Shown piece by piece: positions 58,162-64,000 of a stretch of 64,000 bases of DNA (its first letter is position 1; every line of letters starts with the position of its first letter). The DNA is from Bacteroidales bacterium (GTDB lineage: Bacteria > Bacteroidota > Bacteroidia > Bacteroidales > JAAYJT01), in contig JAAYJT010000014.1 in the NCBI GenBank assembly GCA_012522795.1, forward strand, positions 1,796 through 65,795. Direction: 5' to 3'. The notes beneath the pieces are model-generated. The model made no database searches, was not told the DNA's origin, and was given only the letters and a program-made list of their open reading frames with translations. Both the position numbers and the translations under genes were made by a program.

Positions 58162-58590
58162 ATGCATAAGGCTTGCTTTAAACAGCTGATAATCACTTTT
58201 CTGCCGATTATCTTTTTGTTGTTTTCTTGTGACTCAGACAAACAAAAAGTAGTGCGTCCAGCAACTTTGATCAGTAAGGATTCTATGCCTCTTATACTTA
58301 CTGATGTACATCTTATAGAAGCTGTATTATCAGGAAAACAGATGGAGAAAAATATGACTGCAGGATTATCGCAGATATATTACGATTCGCTTTTTGCTAA
58401 ATATAATATTACCAGAACAGTTTTTGACAGTAGTTTATATTATTATAGTCAGGATCCCAAATCATTTAATGCTATATATGATATAGTTATCAGTAATCTT
58501 ATGAGAATTGAAACTGATTCAATCAGGACTGATAGTACCATTATTATTGAAACTAAGGATAGCCTTACCAGCTCCTATCCTGATAATTAA
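58162..58590 (+). CDS. DUF4296-like lipoprotein
   Basis: It has a lipobox (LLFSCDS) and the LISKDSMPLILTDVHLIEA block typical of this family. I prefer the ATG at 58162 over the GTG at 58150. Confidence 0.6.
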   Translation: MHKACFKQLIITFLPIIFLLFSCDSDKQKVVRPATLISKDSMPLILTDVHLIEAVLSGKQMEKNMTAGLSQIYYDSLFAKYNITRTVFDSSLYYYSQDPKSFNAIYDIVISNLMRIETDSIRTDSTIIIETKDSLTSSYPDN

Positions 58591-59009
58591 GTTTTTTCTG
58601 CTGTTGCTGTGTAGGTTATCTCATCGGCACCATCGTTAATTGTATATGTCCAGTTCATGATTCCGGTAGATGAATATGTGCCTGTTCCACTAATCTTAAT
58701 AGATACAACTAATTGATTTTCAATAGATATTCTGTTTGTTGTAACTATTCCATAGGTTGTATAGAAATTCCCCAAATTTCCAAAATTCTTTAGTAAAACC
58801 TGTGCTGAGTTAGTGGGATCTTTGCTTATTAAAACACTATAGAATGCAAGATCGCTTTTTTTCTTTTCGTCTTCATTAAATTTCCAGGTACCTATAAACT
58901 TATCACGCAGATCGTTACTATCAGGCTCAACATCTATGAGTTCGCATGCCGGAAACAAAACTAGCATTAAAGCTATAAATAAAACATATTTTTGTGCTCT
59001 TGTACTCAT
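58587..59009 (-). CDS. Hypothetical lipoprotein (lipocalin-like size and pattern)
   Basis: 140 aa with a lipobox-like signal (LVLFPACE) and a beta-rich pattern. It overlaps the convergent DUF4296 gene by 4 nt. Confidence 0.55.
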   Translation of the reverse strand: MSTRAQKYVLFIALMLVLFPACELIDVEPDSNDLRDKFIGTWKFNEDEKKKSDLAFYSVLISKDPTNSAQVLLKNFGNLGNFYTTYGIVTTNRISIENQLVVSIKISGTGTYSSTGIMNWTYTINDGADEITYTATAEKT

Positions 59010-59060
59010 TGCTTTATGATGGGGTTATTTAATACTATTAAGCACACAAAAATAATAAAA

Positions 59061-59094
59061 AAAGAAAGGCTTCAATTGAAGCCTTTCTTTTTTG
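59061..59094 (-). terminator. Strong rho-independent terminator (bidirectional, better on the minus strand)
   Basis: A 13-bp perfect stem AAAGAAAGGCTTC/GAAGCCTTTCTTT with an AATT loop. It is followed by 7 T plus a T-rich run on the minus strand and by 4 T on the plus strand. No CDS ends next to it on either strand. Confidence 0.65.
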
Positions 59095-59107
59095 TTTCTG
59101 GATAACA

Positions 59108-59242
59108 TCTTTGGTAGTATGTATGTACACTTAGCAGGCTAACCAACAAAACCTGAAAAGTGGTTTTTTAAAAGCGCAGTAAACCAGTGTGATTTTAGCG
59201 TATGGAGGCGTAATGAGTAATTTTAAAGTCTACTACCAAAGA
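59108..59242 (-). other. 135-bp element bounded by a perfect 12-bp inverted repeat; candidate small RNA (closing stem) or MITE
   Basis: TCTTTGGTAGTA (59108-59119) and TACTACCAAAGA (59231-59242) are exact reverse complements. The element abuts the terminator at 59061-59094 and lies in a 580-bp non-coding gap. Confidence 0.3.
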
Positions 59243-59591
59243 ACTTAATTTCCTGAAACACAAATCAATATTTCATGAAAAACAATGCAAAGATGCTACT
59301 TTTTTTTGACCTGCCAATCCTAAATTGTTCATTAAACATAAAAATCCAAGCAATGTGATGTAATAAAGGTATGAAAGGTAGGTGATTGATAAACAAGGTG
59401 TTAATAAAAGCAACAAAGATGCCGTGTTAAACATATTAAAATCTTTATATCTTTGAATTACTTGAGTTTACATCAGTTCTTGTAATTTGAATTATATTTG
59501 CTGTCTTAAATATTCAAAAGTATATTGACCTGTTTTTCTTATTTTTTTGCTTCAATATGCTTAACTAAACGAGAACTGTAAGAATAAAATT

Positions 59592-61127
59592 ATGATAAAG
59601 AAAAATGAATATCTTTTTCAGCTTATTAAATCGTTGACAAAAGAAGAGAAAAGAAATTTTAAACTGTTTGCCGGAAGATATAATACTGCCAGGCAAAACA
59701 ACTATATCAGATTGTTTAATGCTATTGACAAACAGGACATTTATGATGAAGGAACTTTAAAAAAAGAATTTCATGGCGAAACTTTTGTCAAGCAACTTAC
59801 TGTTACAAAAAATTATTTGCAGCGACAAATTATTAAAAGCCTTCAAAATTTACATAGTGAGAATTCAGTAGGAATGCTTGTTTTATCTTTACATCAGCAG
59901 GTTGCGATATTGTTTGCTAAAGGTCAGTATGAATTATGTCGTGAAATTGTTCAGAAAGGAATAGATATAAGCTCACGGCATGAATTGTTTCTTGAAATGA
60001 TAGGCTTCTTAAAATGGGAACTTGATCTGATAAACAAAACTAATCTGACTGATTATAAAATAAGTCTTGAAAAATATTTTGAAAGAACTAGCCAGTTACT
60101 TAACTGGTATGATATAAATACCAGGGGAAATCATTTAATGAATGAACTTCAGATCTTTTCTCTTGACACTCCTACTTTTGGGATTTATAATACTCAATAT
60201 CCTGCTTTAATTGAAAAAATAAACAACTTCATAGATACTGTTGATGTTGATTCATTACCGTTAAAAGCACGTATAAATTTATTGTATCCGTTAGCGCAAT
60301 ATTATTTAATGCTTTCTGATTTTAAAGAAGCATTCAATATTTATTATCGGTTATTTGAAGAGCTTAAAGATGAATATCGGCAAAAAATGCTCCATGAGCC
60401 TTATATAAACACGCTTACAGGTTTGATATATTCCAGTGATGCAAGAAAAAAATCGGATACTTTGAAAATTGCTTTTAGTGAATTACAACAGGTTCCAGAA
60501 ATTAATCTAAGGGTAAAGTACAAAAAAGCTGAGAGCCTGTCTTTTTATCCTTTGTTTTTATGTGCACTAAATGGGGATTTCCATGCCGGTCTTACTGCAA
60601 TTGAAATTGTTGAAAATTTTCTGGAAACTTATTGCGATGATAATATTTATGCCCAATTCATGTATGCATATTATTATACTGCCTATATTTATTTTGGAGC
60701 CGGCAATTTAACACAAGCATTAAAATACATAAGAAAAACCGATGCTTATTATAGTAAGGAGCTTTTACCAAATTTGAGGTTAGCTATTCAGATAATGGAA
60801 ATGATAATATTTTATGAACAGAAAAAATATGATTTGGCTAATTCGAGGCTTCGTAGATTACAACGGCAAATTCAAAAAGAAACAAATATCAGAACGTTCC
60901 TCAGGCATTTTCTCAGATATTTTCGTAAACTTATTTTAAGTGGGATGGATCTAACTGAAAATACTCAACATTGTCAGCAATTATTAAACAGACTTTTGCA
61001 AATGCCTGTTAAAGACCAGATTACAATGCTTATTAATTTTGATTTAATATCCTGGACTCAAAGCAAACTTGAGAATTGTACATTTGGTGAAAAGATAAAG
61101 GAAAATTCAGACCGGCTATTGAGATAG
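59592..61127 (+). CDS. Hypothetical all-alpha (TPR-like) protein
   Basis: 511-aa ORF, helical and rich in Leu, Lys, Glu and Tyr, with no TM segment or signal peptide. TAnnTTTG motifs lie at 59448-59455 and 59493-59500 upstream. Confidence 0.6.
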   Translation: MIKKNEYLFQLIKSLTKEEKRNFKLFAGRYNTARQNNYIRLFNAIDKQDIYDEGTLKKEFHGETFVKQLTVTKNYLQRQIIKSLQNLHSENSVGMLVLSLHQQVAILFAKGQYELCREIVQKGIDISSRHELFLEMIGFLKWELDLINKTNLTDYKISLEKYFERTSQLLNWYDINTRGNHLMNELQIFSLDTPTFGIYNTQYPALIEKINNFIDTVDVDSLPLKARINLLYPLAQYYLMLSDFKEAFNIYYRLFEELKDEYRQKMLHEPYINTLTGLIYSSDARKKSDTLKIAFSELQQVPEINLRVKYKKAESLSFYPLFLCALNGDFHAGLTAIEIVENFLETYCDDNIYAQFMYAYYYTAYIYFGAGNLTQALKYIRKTDAYYSKELLPNLRLAIQIMEMIIFYEQKKYDLANSRLRRLQRQIQKETNIRTFLRHFLRYFRKLILSGMDLTENTQHCQQLLNRLLQMPVKDQITMLINFDLISWTQSKLENCTFGEKIKENSDRLLR

Positions 61128-61269
61128 CAGGTTGTTATTGGCCTTAAAGGTTAAAGAATATAGGGATAACTAATGGTTTCGATAATTCCTGTTTTTATAT
61201 AAATATATATTTCAATACAGAAAGGTTAGTCAGAATATATTTTGTTTAAAGGCTGTCGCCGTCTGATAA

Positions 61270-62424
61270 TCATTGCTTTACAGCCTTACTTATCCAGACT
61301 GAATCTGAGTTGATTACTTCAATTAAATATACTCCGCCGGGTTTGGCTGTTAAATCTAATTTTGTTTCAACCTTACCAGAAACTATTTTTTCCATGATCA
61401 ATTGCCCATTCAGATTAAATATTTTAATGGTGAAATCTGTGTCAGGAGCTTTTTCTGAGAATCTAAGTGTGAAAATACCGGAAGAGGGATTTGGAAGTAT
61501 ATGATAAACATCATTTTCATATGATAAATGCTTAAAGATGTTTTCAGAAATATCAGACTCAATATTTTTTGCAGGTATAACTTCAGGTTTCTTACAATAA
61601 TCCAGATCATCAGTTATAAATGCGTGAAAATAAGCTCCGGATTCAATTTTACTTTCAGAGATCAGTGAAATACTATATCCGGAAAGCAGATTAACCCTGG
61701 CACCATCTTCTACATATATTGATGAAGCAACAATAGTATGTTGGGCAGCTAAACAGGTATCCGAACCTGAAAGCACTGAGAGATCGTTAAGAAATATATC
61801 ATAAGGTATCAGAGGTACAGGTACGATTGAAACTGTAGAATTAATAGCTTGTGTAATAATATTAGCCGGTTCAATATTGCCAATGATCGGGTCCACGATA
61901 ATTAAATCGTAATTCCCTGTATCATTAGGTGCAATAAGCGAAAAAGAAACAATAATCCCTAAATTACCAATATAAGCAGTATTTGTAAATGAGTACGACA
62001 AAACTCTCAGAATATTTGTGTTCGGCACAATTCCAATACTTAATTCATGATCAGTAATGCGTTCAGGGCTAAGAACCCCGGAACCCGAAACAAACTGAAA
62101 TCCATTATTTATTGGTATATCAAACTGAAATCCAACAAAGACATCATCATTGATTATTTCAACATCAATTATAAGAGTATCTTGGGGATAACCTGAAGCA
62201 TCATGGATCATCAGAATATTTTCGCTTTGCCTTGTATTACCATCAGTAACCGGTATTTCGTTAATCAGGCTTTTATATGATCCTGTGTTAATTGGGCTAT
62301 TAATGTTTATAGGACTTATAGACGATATTACAGAGTAGTTTATGAGGAATAAACCAAGAAAAAGGATCATGGTTTTCTTTGTGATTGTTCTTATGATTCT
62401 TGACATAAGTTTACTTCTTAGCAT
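61270..62424 (-). CDS. Surface protein with one cohesin-like module and a T9SS C-terminal sorting domain
   Basis: The module IIDVEIINDDVFVGFQFDIPINNGFQFVSGS...LRVLSYSFTNTAYIGNLGIIVSFSLIAP is homologous to the two modules in the 2..1312 protein. The C-terminus VYHILPNPSSGIFTLRF....GGVYLIEVIN is a T9SS type A CTD. Confidence 0.65.
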   Translation of the reverse strand: MLRSKLMSRIIRTITKKTMILFLGLFLINYSVISSISPININSPINTGSYKSLINEIPVTDGNTRQSENILMIHDASGYPQDTLIIDVEIINDDVFVGFQFDIPINNGFQFVSGSGVLSPERITDHELSIGIVPNTNILRVLSYSFTNTAYIGNLGIIVSFSLIAPNDTGNYDLIIVDPIIGNIEPANIITQAINSTVSIVPVPLIPYDIFLNDLSVLSGSDTCLAAQHTIVASSIYVEDGARVNLLSGYSISLISESKIESGAYFHAFITDDLDYCKKPEVIPAKNIESDISENIFKHLSYENDVYHILPNPSSGIFTLRFSEKAPDTDFTIKIFNLNGQLIMEKIVSGKVETKLDLTAKPGGVYLIEVINSDSVWISKAVKQ

Positions 62425-62464
62425 TATGTAAGTTAAATTTGTTTAGCCTATATAATTATCCAAT

Positions 62465-63019
62465 TTACTTCCATTTAATATTGCAACCCATACTAGGAAT
62501 TTGATTTTCGGGAACTGGTTCGCCATTAAGTAATAAATCAAGTGCTTGCCGTAAATCTTTTCCGGTAACCGGTTTATTACTCTCAGGACGACTTTCGTCA
62601 AAACGACCGCGGTAAACCACTTTCTCATTTTGGTCAATCACATTAAAATCGGGTGTACAGGCTGCATCATAGGCTTTTGCTATTTGCTGGGTTTCATCAA
62701 AAAGATATGGAAAAGGGAAATCATTATCAGCAGCAAATATTTTCATGTTTTCCGGTGAATCGTCAGGGTACTTTTCAACATCATTTGAGTTTATCATTAC
62801 AAAGGAAACTCCTTTTGGTATGTAATCCTTGCCCGTTTGAACCAGTTCCTTAATGATATGACGGACATAAGGGCAGTGGTTGCAGATAAAAACAATCACA
62901 GTAGCTTTATCTGATCTTAATTCGGCAAGGCTTAATGTTTTACCGGAGATAACATCGGGTAGCTGAAAGTCTGGGGCATCAAAGCCCAGATCAATCATTT
63001 TTGTAGGTGTAAGAGCCAT
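62465..63019 (-). CDS. Thioredoxin-fold (AhpC/TSA-like) thiol-disulfide oxidoreductase family protein
   Basis: 184 aa with APDFQLPD and the CxxC motif FICNHCPYV. Confidence 0.8.
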   Translation of the reverse strand: MALTPTKMIDLGFDAPDFQLPDVISGKTLSLAELRSDKATVIVFICNHCPYVRHIIKELVQTGKDYIPKGVSFVMINSNDVEKYPDDSPENMKIFAADNDFPFPYLFDETQQIAKAYDAACTPDFNVIDQNEKVVYRGRFDESRPESNKPVTGKDLRQALDLLLNGEPVPENQIPSMGCNIKWK

Positions 63020-63047
63020 AAGTTTTTCTTACACTAACGTATTTAGC

Positions 63048-64000
63048 CTACTGTTTGTTCGGTAAGTCAAGTCCGAATCCTTTATTTTTATCAACAGATT
63101 TTAGAACCAGCGAAAGGATCATTGCGGCAACACCAAAACCTGCAAAAATAAGTTCAGGAACAAAATAATTATATTTAGCTCCTTCAATCCCGGCAGATAT
63201 CTGCTCAGAAACACCTGGATTTGAGGCTGATAAGGACCAGCCAATCAAAATAGGAACTGCAAGCAGCCCAATGTTTTGTATCCAGAAAGTCAATCCATAG
63301 GCAGAGCCAAGGAATCGTTCTTCCACTATTTTGGGTATGGAAGGCCACATTGAGGCAGGTACAAGAGAAAAGGCAAGCCCAAGAATTACTATAGTTGAAT
63401 AAGCTATGGCATGATTAAACACTGATGCCGGAACGAATGCAAAGATAAGGTGTGATACTGTAAGTAGAATGGCTCCGTAAAACATCATAGTAGCACCATA
63501 ACCTTTATTATCAAGAAAAGCTCCTATAAAAGGCGTAAGTATCATTGCACCTATTGGAAAGTAGGAGAACATGGCTGCTGCATCTCTAATACTTATATCA
63601 AGTTTGGAGGCGAGCATATCAGTAGCAAATTTCTGGAATGGGAAAATTGCTGAATAGAAAAGCACACATAATCCTGCGATAGCAAGGAATCCCGGATTTT
63701 TAAGAATAAGCCACAAATCGCTAATCTTAAATGCTTCTTCATGTTCAAGTTCTTTTTCTTCGCCAAGCTGCCTGTCAAGGCGTAAATCCATTATGGTATA
63801 AATCAGGAATAACAGCAACCCAACGGTAAGAAATGCTACTCCCCATGCTACTGAATTCACTGCGCCACCTTTTTCGGCAAATATTGGAGAAAGACGGAAA
63901 ACTGCAAAAACACCAAGACGGGCAGTTGCCATTTCAAGTCCCATTGCAAGGGCTAATTCTTTTCCTTTAAACCATTTTACTATTGTTTTAGAAACAGTGA
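63048..64000 (-). CDS. MFS transporter (N-terminus lies outside the window)
   Basis: A polytopic membrane protein. The frame stays open upstream of the first Met through to the window end (..VSKTIVKWFKGKELALAMGLE..). Confidence 0.75.
   Translation of the reverse strand, partial: TVSKTIVKWFKGKELALAMGLEMATARLGVFAVFRLSPIFAEKGGAVNSVAWGVAFLTVGLLLFLIYTIMDLRLDRQLGEEKELEHEEAFKISDLWLILKNPGFLAIAGLCVLFYSAIFPFQKFATDMLASKLDISIRDAAAMFSYFPIGAMILTPFIGAFLDNKGYGATMMFYGAILLTVSHLIFAFVPASVFNHAIAYSTIVILGLAFSLVPASMWPSIPKIVEERFLGSAYGLTFWIQNIGLLAVPILIGWSLSASNPGVSEQISAGIEGAKYNYFVPELIFAGFGVAAMILSLVLKSVDKNKGFGLDLPNKQ

Noticed and set aside
1-64000. tRNA, rRNA, tmRNA, riboswitch, IS element, integrase or prophage signatures
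   Set aside because: I scanned the intergenic regions longer than 150 bp by eye. I found no cloverleaf-like or rRNA-like sequence, no recognisable riboswitch core and no transposase, integrase or phage-like ORFs. A proper Infernal or tRNAscan run could still find something I missed.

Overview
This is a low-GC chromosomal segment that looks like a Bacteroidota genome. It carries the type IX secretion (T9SS) genes porU and porV, several proteins with T9SS C-terminal sorting domains, TAnnTTTG-type promoter motifs, and typical housekeeping genes (polA, rnhA, ispF, pdxJ, pssA, queA, tatC, lptB, kpsF, recQ). I count about 50 credible protein-coding genes. I found no rRNA, tRNA or CRISPR array, and no recognisable transposase, integrase or phage genes. 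Five things stand out. (1) A co-directional six-gene cluster at 39.0-44.9 kb encodes a membrane-anchored octaheme c-type cytochrome of the tetrathionate-reductase (OTR) family, a cytochrome b, a split YeeE/YedE sulfur channel and three rhodanese-like proteins. All three rhodanese-like proteins end in the same tail, V-x-G-G-C-COOH, which resembles the SoxY swinging arm. This is my best candidate for an undescribed sulfur redox and sulfur-relay system. (2) Two diverged full-length porU (C25-type T9SS sortase) paralogues sit in tandem directly upstream of porV. (3) Two T9SS-sorted proteins are built from the same cohesin-like module, and a 924-aa beta-propeller/FG-GAP protein ends in a dockerin instead of a T9SS domain. 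(4) A GxxExxY (PD-(D/E)XK-like) gene sits inside an array of about 65-nt structured direct repeats. (5) A terminator-flanked 135-bp inverted-repeat element may be an sRNA or a MITE, and a decayed region follows queA. All functional calls come from by-eye motif and family recognition in the supplied translations. No database search or structure prediction was run.
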